Shown: positions 21,846 to 31,061 of the stretch, one piece after another
Layout of the letters: each line of letters starts with the position of its first letter
Numbering within the stretch: position 1 is the first letter of the stretch
Source of the DNA: an uncultured Gemmatimonadales bacterium
GTDB taxonomy: Bacteria; Gemmatimonadota; Gemmatimonadetes; Gemmatimonadales; GWC2-71-9
Length of the DNA: 64,000 nt
Direction of reading: 5' to 3'
NCBI GenBank assembly: GCA_963821525.1
Contig: CAWGED010000019.1
Location: forward strand, 832,001-896,000
Program-made: the position numbers and the translations under genes
The notes under the pieces: generated by a model
Seen by the model: the letters and a program-made list of their open reading frames with translations, nothing else
What the model was told of the DNA's origin: nothing
Database searches by the model: none

Positions 21846-22207
21846 GCGCACGAAATCACCGTCCGGATCGTGTCCGCCCGGATACCTCGATGGGTTGGGC
21901 TGGTGATGATGACTTGAAGAGGGCGGGTGCCACCTGTGCCGGTGAGTGTCCATTGCTCGCCGAGCCCGCCAGCCAGAGGCCTGCCGCCGCCACTCAGCGC
22001 GGCACAACCACCAGGGACTGCGGCAGCGTTCCGAACCAGCTCGATTCTCTCCGAGGCGGCCAGTGTGACCCTCGACCGGTTTCTCGCTTCAATCAGCAGG
22101 CGGCTGGTGAGCGCCGTGGTAGTAACCGCGCCGAGCAGGCCCACGTCGAAGACAATGAGGGCAACGAGAACTTCTACGGTGCTGAATCCAGCGTGAGACC
22201 GACCCAT
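21842..22207 (-). CDS. PilV-like minor pilin
   Basis: HAG|FSTVEVLVALIVFDVGLLG. Confidence 0.78.
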   Translation of the reverse strand: MGRSHAGFSTVEVLVALIVFDVGLLGAVTTTALTSRLLIEARNRSRVTLAASERIELVRNAAAVPGGCAALSGGGRPLAGGLGEQWTLTGTGGTRPLQVIITSPTHRGIRADTIRTVISCA

Positions 22208-22301
22208 GGCAGCTCACCTCCGGCCGCGAGCATACTCCGCCGGTCAGAGAAGTCCGCCATCCAGAAGACGCGAGGAGGATCAATGCGACGCGAGGTGCGC
22301 C

Positions 22302-22335
22302 AAAAAAGAAGAGGCGGCGGATCGCTCCGCCGCCC
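22302..22335 (-). terminator. Rho-independent terminator after pilin copy 2
   Basis: Same hairpin as 19211-19241 with TCTTCTTTTTT tail. Confidence 0.85.
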
Positions 22336-22796
22336 CCTCGTGTTGCCGGTGCCGCGCGACCTTACCAGCAGGCCGGGGCGCCTTCGTTGGTCACCGCCGC
22401 ATTCGGCGCATTCGCCAGCGGGCCGGTGAAGATGCCGCAGTTCGTCGGGGTACTGGTCACCGCCGGGTTCGTCATCGTGGCCTTCCAGCCGGCCGCGTCA
22501 ACGTAGGTCAGCGTCAACACGTTCCCCTTGCTGGGCACGAACGAAACCTTGCCCGCGCCGCCGGTGCCGTTGGTCTGCGCCGTGCTGACCGTCGAGCCGG
22601 CGTAGTCGTTGTTATCCGAGAAGAACGCTTCCTGCGCCGTCACCATGTTCCGCAGGTCCGACTTCATGGACGCCACGATCGCCTTCTGCTTGGTGTTGGC
22701 GAACTTCGGGATCGCGATGGCAGCCAGAATGCCGATGATCACCACCACGATCAACAGCTCGATGAGCGTAAAGCCCTTCCGGTTCATAAACTCCTC
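22304..22796. repeat. ~490-bp direct repeat, copy 2 (pilin gene plus terminator)
   Basis: Near-identical to 19210-19703. Confidence 0.95.
22362..22787 (-). CDS. pilA: Type IVa major pilin, copy 2
   Basis: 141 aa; differs from copy 1 only at L48M and A92T. Confidence 0.93.
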   Translation of the reverse strand: MNRKGFTLIELLIVVVIIGILAAIAIPKFANTKQKAIVASMKSDLRNMVTAQEAFFSDNNDYAGSTVSTAQTNGTGGAGKVSFVPSKGNVLTLTYVDAAGWKATMTNPAVTSTPTNCGIFTGPLANAPNAAVTNEGAPACW

Positions 22797-22861
22797 CGAG
22801 TTATTACGGGGCGCCCAACGCGCTGGCCGCTGTGGTAGGGAGACTTCAGCCAGTTAACAAG

Positions 22862-22876
22862 GCAATGGGCATACCA
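22862..22876 (-). promoter_or_regulatory. sigma54 promoter of pilin copy 2, with IHF-like site at 22906-22918
   Basis: TGGTATGCCCATTGC (GG-N10-GC); GATCAAGAACTTG resembles WATCAANNNNTTR. Confidence 0.75.
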
Positions 22877-22938
22877 GCCTGGCTCATTGGGGGCAACTTG
22901 CTACCGATCAAGAACTTGAGACCGGTATCGTCAACTTG

Positions 22939-24579
22939 TCAGTTTTGGGGGCCGGTTTGGGGTGGTGGAAATTGCACGAAGGCGGCCGTTAAGCTGTCAA
23001 TAACCGACTGAATTCGAGCCGCATCGGGGTCTCTTCTGAGGGTCTTCTGATCGGCCTCGGAACGCGCCTCAGCGACCTTCCCCAAGTCGAGATAACAGAG
23101 CACCAGCTTGCTCCGGACTTTCCACTGTTCCGGGGCGAGACTCAGTGACTTCAGATACAGCGGTATGGCCGGTCCACACTGGCGGTTCCGCACGTACAGG
23201 TCGCCGTAATCACTGAAGAGATTGGGGTCCGCTTGGTAAAGCCGCAGGGCAATGCGGTATTCCAGGTTCGCCTGCTCCAGGTCTCCCGATCCAACCAGAA
23301 TGCTCCCATAGGCCCAGTGAGCCTTGTAGCTGAGCGGGGCATCGAGGACGGTCCGTCGAAACAGGGTGTCGTTGTCTCGCCAGACCAGCTGCCGGGTTGA
23401 ACTCCGCCAGAGACCGAGTCCCAGAAGAATCCCCAGCGCGGCCAACACCACCCGGCGCTCTCCCAACGGGGCCGCGACGAACTTGGGAATGGCCGCCGCA
23501 ATCCCACCCCCAAGAGCCAACGCCGCACCGACACTCGGCAGGAACAAGGCACGCTCTGCGAGCAGGATTCCAGTGGGGACCGCCAGGTTGCTGACCGGGA
23601 ACAGCGCGATGCCGGTCCAGCAGAGCCCGAAGCACACGGCTGGTGCCCGCCGTCGAGAGAAGACCGCAAGGCCCACCATCCCGCACAGCAGGAGAGCGCC
23701 GATCAACTGGGGCAGGCCGAATGTCGTGGCGAGATCGAGCTCCTGCGGCATGTAGTCGGCCTGGAGGTGCCAGGGGAAGAGCAGCAACCGGAGCCATTGC
23801 GGGACCACCGCGAGCATGGTGAGCGCGCGATCTCCCAGGCCAACCCCTCGTATCGAGGTGTTCGCGAGGTCCCCGGCCAGACCGCCCAGCACCGCGGTTC
23901 GCGCCGCCAGGAACAGTGCCGCCACGGCGACCAGCGCGGCCAGGAGAGCTCTACCCCGGGCCGGTCGCGGCCGCTCCAGCACAGTGTATTCAGCTGCCAC
24001 CAGCAGTCCGGGCAGCACGACGCCGTGCTCCTTGGTGAAGCACATGACGAGATAGAGCGCGGCGAGACCCGCAATCGTGATCCACGACAGCTCCCCCGAC
24101 CTCCGAGCAGCCACGTACCACGCGGTCGCGACAACCGCAAGCAACCCCACCACGAGCTCGGGTTGTCCGACCGTATTGGCGACGGCCTCGACATGGACCG
24201 GCTGAACCGAGAAGAGCGCGGCAGTGAGCCAGGCAGCCGGGAGCGGGAGGATCAGTTTGGCGAGGCGAAAGATTGCTATGACAACGGCGAGGTAGAGCAG
24301 CACGTTGGCTGCATGAAAGGCCCACGGGGCGCCGCCTCCCAGGGCCCACTCCAACTTGAACAACACGATGGTGACGGGGCGGTAGAGTGCGGCTCCAACC
24401 TCGGGTGGCCAGTACGGTTCCGCGAAGGATTGCCAGAGACCAACCAGGGTGTGGACTCGGAAGTTGTCTACGACGATGGCGCGATCGTCGAAGACGAAGC
24501 CGTTGCCCAGGCCGCTAGCCGAGGCGGCGAGGGCGATGGCCAGCAGGGAGAGAATAAGCCAGAGATCGCGGCGGGTCAT
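22939..24579 (-). CDS. TMTC-like GT-C membrane glycosyltransferase with C-terminal TPRs
   Basis: GFVFDDRAIV, LYRPVT, HVEAV, KEHG, LFPWHLQADY, LAERALFLPS, many TM segments, C-terminal TPR-like helices. Confidence 0.8.
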   Translation of the reverse strand: MTRRDLWLILSLLAIALAASASGLGNGFVFDDRAIVVDNFRVHTLVGLWQSFAEPYWPPEVGAALYRPVTIVLFKLEWALGGGAPWAFHAANVLLYLAVVIAIFRLAKLILPLPAAWLTAALFSVQPVHVEAVANTVGQPELVVGLLAVVATAWYVAARRSGELSWITIAGLAALYLVMCFTKEHGVVLPGLLVAAEYTVLERPRPARGRALLAALVAVAALFLAARTAVLGGLAGDLANTSIRGVGLGDRALTMLAVVPQWLRLLLFPWHLQADYMPQELDLATTFGLPQLIGALLLCGMVGLAVFSRRRAPAVCFGLCWTGIALFPVSNLAVPTGILLAERALFLPSVGAALALGGGIAAAIPKFVAAPLGERRVVLAALGILLGLGLWRSSTRQLVWRDNDTLFRRTVLDAPLSYKAHWAYGSILVGSGDLEQANLEYRIALRLYQADPNLFSDYGDLYVRNRQCGPAIPLYLKSLSLAPEQWKVRSKLVLCYLDLGKVAEARSEADQKTLRRDPDAARIQSVIDSLTAAFVQFPPPQTGPQN

Positions 24580-24604
24580 GACCGGGTGCTTGCCCGGGAG
24601 CCGG

Positions 24605-25975
24605 TCAGGTGGGCTGCTCCTCGTAGCGGCTCAGCTTGCGGTACAGAGTCGAAGGATCGATGCCCAGCACTTCTGCCGCGCGAGTCTTGTTCCCGCCCTC
24701 GGACTGGAGCACGTACATGATGTAGGCCCGCTCGATCACCTCAAGAGTGGGATTGTCGTACGACCGCTCCGAGACCAGCGGTTCCTTCTTCCGCTTGGTG
24801 ATGCGCTCCGGAAGCGCGGCGGGCTCTATCACGTTGCCCTTGCTGATGACCCAGGCATGCTCCAGTGCATTTTCCAGCTCGCGGACATTGCCGGGCCATT
24901 CGTAGACCATGACCGCATCGAGGGTGTCCGCCGAGAGCGCCTTGGGCTCGGTCTGCTGCTCCGAGGCGAGGTGCTGCAGGAACGATTCGATCAGCAGCAG
25001 GATGTCTTCCCGCCGCTCCCGCAACGGAGGCAGGTTGATGGCGATCACGTTGAGCCGATAAAAGAGATCCGAACGGAAGGTGGCCTTCCGCATCTCCTCT
25101 TCGAGGTCCCGGTTGGTCGCTGCCATGATGCGAACATCCACCGGAATAGCCTCGGTGGCTCCCACCGGAATCGCTTCCCGTTCCTGCAATACCCGGAGCA
25201 ACTTGATCTGCAGTGAGGGTGGCATCTCCCCGACCTCATCGAGGAAGAAGCTCCCGCCGCGGGCAGCCGCGAAGAGTCCCTGCTTATCGCGCACGGCTCC
25301 GGTAAACGAACCCTTCACATGCCCGAACAGCTCGCTCTCGAGCAGGTTTTCCGGCAGCGCGCCGCAGTTGATCGAGAGACAGGGTCCATCGGTCCGGTTG
25401 GAGAGGCTGTGGATGTAGCGGGCGAGGACTTCCTTACCGGTCCCGCTCTCTCCCGTGAGCAGGACTGTCGAGTCGGTAGGAGCGACCTGCTCGGCGAGTT
25501 TGAGGACTTCGTTGAACCGCTTGGATTTTCCGATCGGCCGGACGACGCCGGTCCGGTCCCGGCGGCGGATTTCCTGCTTCAGGTGCTTGTTCTCGACCCG
25601 TACCGCGCGGTAATCACAGGCCCGGCGCAAGATGGCGACCAGTTCATCGTTAGCGAACGGCTTCTGGATGTAGTAGAAGGCCCCCTGGTTGACGGCCTGA
25701 ATCGCCGTCTGCAGCGACGCCTGGGCCGTCATCAGGATGACCGGAGTCATCGGGTCCTGCTCCCTGACCGCGCTCAAGATGTCGATGCCGGTCACCTGCG
25801 GCATCCGCACATCGGACAGGACGATGTCGTAGGCGCCGGCGCGAATCTGATCCAGGCCGGCCTTTCCACCCTGCGCGGTGAGGACCTCGAAGCCCTCTTT
25901 CTTGAGCAGGATCCGCAGCGTATCGAGGATGCCCGACTCGTCGTCGATGACCAACACCGATGGTTTCTGACTCAT
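24605..25975 (-). CDS. pilR: sigma54-dependent response regulator (PilR/NtrC family)
   Basis: Receiver domain, GESGTGKE, ESELFGHVKGSFTGA, WPGNVRELEN, Fis-type HTH; pilin context. Confidence 0.88.
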   Translation of the reverse strand: MSQKPSVLVIDDESGILDTLRILLKKEGFEVLTAQGGKAGLDQIRAGAYDIVLSDVRMPQVTGIDILSAVREQDPMTPVILMTAQASLQTAIQAVNQGAFYYIQKPFANDELVAILRRACDYRAVRVENKHLKQEIRRRDRTGVVRPIGKSKRFNEVLKLAEQVAPTDSTVLLTGESGTGKEVLARYIHSLSNRTDGPCLSINCGALPENLLESELFGHVKGSFTGAVRDKQGLFAAARGGSFFLDEVGEMPPSLQIKLLRVLQEREAIPVGATEAIPVDVRIMAATNRDLEEEMRKATFRSDLFYRLNVIAINLPPLRERREDILLLIESFLQHLASEQQTEPKALSADTLDAVMVYEWPGNVRELENALEHAWVISKGNVIEPAALPERITKRKKEPLVSERSYDNPTLEVIERAYIMYVLQSEGGNKTRAAEVLGIDPSTLYRKLSRYEEQPT

Positions 25976-27627
25976 TCAATGACCTCCGACGCACGACGAG
26001 CGGGGAAATAGATGGTGAATTTGGTGCCCTTCCCTGGCGCGGAGTCAACCAGGGCCACGCCGCGATGCGCCTCAACGGCACGCTGCACTATCGCGAGACC
26101 AAGGCCGCTACCGCCTGAACGTCCCGTGACGAACGGCTCAAAGAGACGCTCTCGCAACTCTTCGGGAATGCCGGGGCCGGTGTCCCGCACTTCGAGCCGC
26201 AGCGGGTGCTCGATGTTGTTGCCGAGCGGGAGATCTCCCACCTTGGCCGGACCAGTGGTGACGGTGACGACCGCCGGGCCCTTGGCCGCCTGCGCAGCAT
26301 TCAGCACCAGATTGACCACCACGCGATACAGCAGGTCCTCATCTCCCTCCAGCACGGTCCGCTGGCCCTGCACTCGAATCTCGGTGTCCGCCTTGCAGTC
26401 GGGGTGCTCGCGGACCATACGCACCGCCGCGGTCACCACCGCCTGCAGGTCCACCGGCGCGAACTTGGTTGCCCGAACCCGAGCGAAGTCCAGGAACTCG
26501 TTCAGCAGGCGGCTGAGCCGGTCACTCTCCCGGACGATAAGCTGCGCAAGATAGCGGTCGTCCTCGTCCGCCTGGGCGGTCCGCGCCAGCTGTTCCACCG
26601 AACTGCGGATCGAGGCGAGCGGGTTGCGGATTTCATGGGCCAGCGACGCGCTCAGCGCCGCCACCGCCTCGAGCCGCTCGGCGCGCAGATTCAGCTCCTG
26701 AATCCGCTTCAGGTCGGAGATGTCGGTGAAAATAGCGGTGACCGACGGACGCCCGTCTGCGTCCCGATCGAAGGTCGTGGTACTCAGACCGATCGGGAAC
26801 ACCCGTCCATCGTCATGCTGCACCGTCCCTTCGCTACGGCTCACCTTCCGTCCATGACGAATCGCAGAAACCATAGCTGCCCACATTTCCGGCGAGCGAT
26901 GCTTCAGCGTGTCCAGGATCGGGTGTCCGGTCATTCGTGGTCCATCGAGCTGGAGCAGCCGCTCGCCCATCGGGTTCAGGAAGGCGAGCCGGCCCGAGCC
27001 ATCGATGGTGAGTACGCCCGACCGGATGTTCTGAAGGATGTCATCGGCTTGGAGTCGCGCCCGGCGCAACTCGGTCTGCAGCGATTCCCGCTCCGCCCCG
27101 GCCTGGCGAAGTCGGGTAGCCAACAGGGCCACAACTGCGTAGGACCCCAGAATGATGACTATCTGGCCCCAGAAGCCCAGCCCCGGGCGCACCGGGTGTC
27201 CCCAGTATACGTCGGCAAAGTAGAACAACGCCGCCGTGAGCGCGACCAGGAATCCGCGCCCGAAGGAGAACAGGAGCGCGTAGCTGGAAGTGACCAGGAT
27301 GTAGAGCGCCGGGAAGGCGCTATTGGGGCCGCCCGTCAGATGGACCAGGAGCGTCACCAGCGCAACGTCCACCAAGGCCTGGCAGAAGAGAAAGACATTT
27401 CCCGGATGGCGTCGCCGCACCCAAACAGCCCAGTACCCGTACGCCGTCACCACCAGGCCCAGACTGACTGTGGTGCTGATGATGAAGGCCCGGGAGGGAT
27501 CGGAGGTCCAGATCAGCGCCGCGCCGGCGAGGTTGCCGACGGCCAGCATCAACCTCCCCGCGAAGATCCACGAGAGGAGGGTACGCTGACTTGGAAGTGC
27601 GGGGGCCGTGGCCGGCGAATGCGCCAT
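25972..27627 (-). CDS. pilS: Membrane sensor histidine kinase PilS (TM-PAS-HisKA-HATPase)
   Basis: TM bundle with TGG..S.F..LY, AHEIRNPL, DTGPG, GSGLGL. Confidence 0.88.
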   Translation of the reverse strand: MAHSPATAPALPSQRTLLSWIFAGRLMLAVGNLAGAALIWTSDPSRAFIISTTVSLGLVVTAYGYWAVWVRRRHPGNVFLFCQALVDVALVTLLVHLTGGPNSAFPALYILVTSSYALLFSFGRGFLVALTAALFYFADVYWGHPVRPGLGFWGQIVIILGSYAVVALLATRLRQAGAERESLQTELRRARLQADDILQNIRSGVLTIDGSGRLAFLNPMGERLLQLDGPRMTGHPILDTLKHRSPEMWAAMVSAIRHGRKVSRSEGTVQHDDGRVFPIGLSTTTFDRDADGRPSVTAIFTDISDLKRIQELNLRAERLEAVAALSASLAHEIRNPLASIRSSVEQLARTAQADEDDRYLAQLIVRESDRLSRLLNEFLDFARVRATKFAPVDLQAVVTAAVRMVREHPDCKADTEIRVQGQRTVLEGDEDLLYRVVVNLVLNAAQAAKGPAVVTVTTGPAKVGDLPLGNNIEHPLRLEVRDTGPGIPEELRERLFEPFVTGRSGGSGLGLAIVQRAVEAHRGVALVDSAPGKGTKFTIYFPARRASEVIE

Positions 27628-27642
27628 GCCGGAAGTCTAGTC

Positions 27643-27741
27643 GGTGATGGGTGGTGGGTTGTAGGTGGTGGGGAGTATCGACCGTAGACCCGGCGTCATT
27701 TACCGACCATCTACCACCCACCACCCACCACCCACCACCTT
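27643..27741. repeat. Inverted heptamer tandem-repeat element (GGTGGTG/ACCACCC)
   Basis: ggtgatg ggtggtg ggttgta ggtggtg ... accatct accaccc accaccc accaccc accacct. Confidence 0.85.
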
Positions 27742-27746
27742 TCAGC

Positions 27747-28724
27747 ATGCCTTGGACCGTGTATATCCTGCGCTGCCGCGATCGATCACTTTACACCGGC
27801 GCCACCAACGATCTGGGGAGACGGCTCGAGCGACACCGGAACGGTCGCGGTGCGGCATACACTCGCGGAAGGGCACCGCTCGAACTGGTGTACCAGGAGG
27901 TCGTGGCCGATCGCGGTGCCGCCCTGCGCAGGGAATGGTCCCTAAAGCAACTCTCTCGTGTCGAGAAGGAACAGTTGATCATGGGTCGCGGCAACATCCC
28001 CACTCAATCAGAATTCCGCGGATTCGGTCCCTCCCTGATGGGTTTCTTCGGTCGGCTCAAGCGGAACAACAACCGGGAATGGTTTCTGGCCAATCGCCCG
28101 GTTTACGAGCTCCACGTGAAAACGCCGTTGCAGGCACTGATCGAGGAGATGGACGTTCGGTTCGCCCGCTTCGCGCCTGAGTTTGTGGGTGATCCACGAC
28201 TCTCGATGTTCCGGATCCATCGCGACGTCCGGTTTTCCAAGGACAAGTCGCCCTACAAGACTCACGCGGCATGCTGGTTTTTTCACCGGGACGCGGGAAA
28301 GGGCGTTGGCTCGGAAGCCCATGGCGGTGCCGGGTTCTACCTGCACCTGGCTCAGGAAGGGAGCTTTCTCGGAGCGGGGATCTGGATGCCGCCTCGTCCC
28401 GCATTGCAGAAGCTGCGCGACGCGATCGCCAACGATCAGCGCGGCTTTGAGCGGACGATGCTAGCCCCCACGATGAAGCGGAGATTCGGCACTCTGGATG
28501 AGGAGTCGGTACTCAAGCGGCTGCCACGCGGGTTCGAGCCGGATCATCCCGCGTCTCGCTGGCTGCGCTTTCAGTCGTTCACGATGGGGCGCAGCATCCC
28601 GCGAACCCAGGTGCTGAGCCGGCAACTACCGAAGACGCTGGAGGGAGACTACCGGAGACTGCTGCCATTTGTGCGGTGGCTGAATGGGGCGATGGGGTAT
28701 GGGGCTCTGGAGCGGAGAATGTGA
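27747..28724 (+). CDS. GIY-YIG nuclease (UPF0213-like) fused to a DUF2461-like domain
   Basis: VYILRC..SLYTG..NDL.RRL..H..G.GA.YT, then NNNREWF and FRIHRDVRFSKDKSPYK. Confidence 0.82.
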   Translation: MPWTVYILRCRDRSLYTGATNDLGRRLERHRNGRGAAYTRGRAPLELVYQEVVADRGAALRREWSLKQLSRVEKEQLIMGRGNIPTQSEFRGFGPSLMGFFGRLKRNNNREWFLANRPVYELHVKTPLQALIEEMDVRFARFAPEFVGDPRLSMFRIHRDVRFSKDKSPYKTHAACWFFHRDAGKGVGSEAHGGAGFYLHLAQEGSFLGAGIWMPPRPALQKLRDAIANDQRGFERTMLAPTMKRRFGTLDEESVLKRLPRGFEPDHPASRWLRFQSFTMGRSIPRTQVLSRQLPKTLEGDYRRLLPFVRWLNGAMGYGALERRM

Positions 28725-28857
28725 GGTGGGAGTAGGGAATAGGTTGTTAGGGGGGTAGGGGTGAGTAGCCGACAAATCGAGCACTAGAATGAGTACGTAG
28801 TCAAATCCTCGCCCTATTCCCGACTCCCTATTCCCTACTCCCTACCTCACTCCACCT
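28725..28857. repeat. Inverted heptamer tandem-repeat element (GGGAGTA/CCCTACT)
   Basis: gggagta gggaata ... ccctatt cccgact ccctatt ccctact ccctacc. Confidence 0.85.
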
Positions 28858-29411
28858 CAAGCCCACTTCACCCGATACCGGCACACCGCCCCGCCCCGCG
28901 CCCGGCACTCCTCCTCGACCACCGTCACGTCACGCGCTCCACACATCTCGAGGGCGCGGCGATACCAGCCTATCACAGTCAGACAATCGGGACCGCTGAA
29001 CGTCTCCGCGTCGTAGGTGGTCAGCACCCCCTCCCGCTCGCCTGCCTGTTTGTACTCCCGCCGTCCGGTCTCGTAATACATCCGGTAGATCGCGGGCGCC
29101 TTGGCGAGGAACGCATGAGGGTTGCCCTCGACCAGGAACGCGTGGTGCAGGGTTGCCAGATTCTGGTCGGCAGAAGCTTCACCGAGGCGGAGGAAGTACG
29201 ACTCGTCGCCGCCTCCAAAGACGGTCACTATCGCGTCGTCGAGGCGCTTGCCGAGTTCAAAGGGATACCACCCCAGGATCAGAATCCGTTCCAGCTCCTT
29301 GCGATCCGGCGCCGCAACGTAAGCCAGGACCTTTTCCAGTCCCGCCGAGCCGAAGTGTTGCTCGATGAAGCCGAGGCGAGCCTTCAGGACAGCTCCCTTG
29401 ATCTGTTGCAT
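28857..29411 (-). CDS. DUF2378/TIGR02265-like protein with V4R-like C-terminus
   Basis: IKGAVL..R..F, GWYPF, YYETG, ECRARGGAVCRYRVKW. Confidence 0.65.
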   Translation of the reverse strand: MQQIKGAVLKARLGFIEQHFGSAGLEKVLAYVAAPDRKELERILILGWYPFELGKRLDDAIVTVFGGGDESYFLRLGEASADQNLATLHHAFLVEGNPHAFLAKAPAIYRMYYETGRREYKQAGEREGVLTTYDAETFSGPDCLTVIGWYRRALEMCGARDVTVVEEECRARGGAVCRYRVKWA

Positions 29412-29498
29412 GAGTCTGAGAGGCTGGAGATTGCCGGATGTCTGCGGTGGCCGCGGCTGAGTATACATTGCTGCAGGCATTTTCGCCGAGCGATACCC

Positions 29499-30026
29499 TT
29501 GTCTGACGACTCGCCCGAACACGTACGGCTCGACAAGTGGCTTTGGGCCGCGCGGTTCTTCAAAACCCGCGGCCTCGCGGCTCAGGCGATCGATGGCGGG
29601 AAGATTCAGGTCAATGGGGAGCGAGCGAAGCGCGCCAAACCGCTCCGCCTGGGCGATGAGCTGCGGATTCGGCAGGGCCCCTACCAACACATTGTCGTGG
29701 TCCGCGGACTCTCCGAGCACCGAGGGCCGGCCAGCGTTGCCACGCAGCTCTACGAGGAGACCGCGGAAAGCCTCGCGGCCCGGCAACAGATGGCGGCCCA
29801 GATCAAGACCATGGACTCAGCCCTGCGAGGTGATGGTGAACGGCCTACGAAGCGCGACCGGCGGGAAATCGAGAGATTTCGCCGCCGGGAGGATTGTCTA
29901 GGAAACAATTGTCTGGTCGGGCTTACGCGTGGCGCTCCCGTTCGAGCAGCGTGCGCTTCCGGTCTTCTCCCCACCGATACCCACCCATTCCGCCGTCGCT
30001 CCGAACCACACGATGACATGGGATGA
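29499..30026 (+). CDS. hslR: Ribosome-associated heat shock protein Hsp15 (S4 domain); true end probably near 29900
   Basis: VRLDKWLWAARFFKTR, RGPASVA..LYEET, RPTKRDRR; TTG start. Confidence 0.9.
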   Translation: MSDDSPEHVRLDKWLWAARFFKTRGLAAQAIDGGKIQVNGERAKRAKPLRLGDELRIRQGPYQHIVVVRGLSEHRGPASVATQLYEETAESLAARQQMAAQIKTMDSALRGDGERPTKRDRREIERFRRREDCLGNNCLVGLTRGAPVRAACASGLLPTDTHPFRRRSEPHDDMG

Positions 30027-30984
30027 GCACCGCGAGATGATTCGCAGCGCACGCGCTTGCGACCGCCCGAACCGCACTCGGCCGCCCGATGCTCTGCGCC
30101 ACCTCGGTGTAGGTCCGGGTTTCTCCCTGTGGAATCCGGGTCAAGGCACGCCAGACCCGGGCCTGAAAGGCAGTCCCTTGAATGTCCAACGGTAACTCGG
30201 GATCCGCTCCGGCTCCGTCGATGACCTTGGCCACCCGGCGAGAGATGGTCTCGAGCTCGGCATCGTCCCGATTCAAGATTGCCCCGGGGAATTCGGCGCG
30301 AAGGTCCCGCTCCAATTCGGCTCCCGAGGAGCCGAGCTTGACCGCGCAAACGCCGCGCTGGGTTGCCCCGACTAAGGCCGTACCCAAGGTTGTCGAAATG
30401 AGGCTATACCGGATCTCGGTACCAGTTGCCCCAAGGCGGTACGCCGCCGGCGTCATGCCGAGACGGTCGCCTGCCCGCTCATAAAGCCGGCTGCTGGATC
30501 CAAATCCGGCTACAAAAGTCGCTGCACTCACTGTCCGTTCCTTTCGCAATGCCCGTTTCAACGTTCTGAATCTCAGCGCCTCGGCATATGCACGGGGCGA
30601 GACACCCGTCACTCGCTTGAAGGTCCGCCGAAGCGCGAACGGGCTGGTTCGGCAGGCGGTCGCGAGACGATTCAGCGGCATCGCCTCGGCGCCGTTGTCG
30701 CCCAGGACCTCGCAGACCCGGCGAACCAGCTCGAGATCACGCCTCCGCTGAGGAGCCACTGCCTCGCCGCACCGACGGCAGGGCCGGAATCCCTCCGACT
30801 CTGCTCCGGCGGGATCCGGGTAGAACCTGACATTCCGACGAGCAGGCCGGCGGGAGGGACACGACGGCCGGCAGTAGATACCGGTGGACCGCACGGCATA
30901 AACAAAGGCTCCGTCGGCACGACGGTCACGCGTCAGCACGGCGCGCCAGGCTTTGTCGGTATCGAGCATGGGGGTCATCATCAT
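29923..30984 (-). CDS. ada: Bifunctional Ada regulator / O6-methylguanine-DNA methyltransferase
   Basis: STGIYCRPSC, FRPCRRC, AraC-type HTH, GTAFQ, IPCHRV. Confidence 0.95.
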   Translation of the reverse strand: MMMTPMLDTDKAWRAVLTRDRRADGAFVYAVRSTGIYCRPSCPSRRPARRNVRFYPDPAGAESEGFRPCRRCGEAVAPQRRRDLELVRRVCEVLGDNGAEAMPLNRLATACRTSPFALRRTFKRVTGVSPRAYAEALRFRTLKRALRKERTVSAATFVAGFGSSSRLYERAGDRLGMTPAAYRLGATGTEIRYSLISTTLGTALVGATQRGVCAVKLGSSGAELERDLRAEFPGAILNRDDAELETISRRVAKVIDGAGADPELPLDIQGTAFQARVWRALTRIPQGETRTYTEVAQSIGRPSAVRAVASACAANHLAVLIPCHRVVRSDGGMGGYRWGEDRKRTLLERERHA

Positions 30985-31061
30985 TCTCCCGGGTTGCAAA
31001 ATGGCGACTTGGCTCCGGGAGGGCCATCCGTTTCTGGCGGGCAAAGTGGAGGCGGCGGGCG

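Noticed and set aside
19269..22787. Neisseria-style silent pilin cassette antigenic variation
   Set aside because: Both copies are full length with promoter, RBS and terminator and are nearly identical, so there is no reservoir of variation.
29890..30026. C-terminal extension of Hsp15 overlapping the ada 3' end
   Set aside because: Homology ends at RREIERFRRRE; the tail probably reflects a lost stop or indel error.
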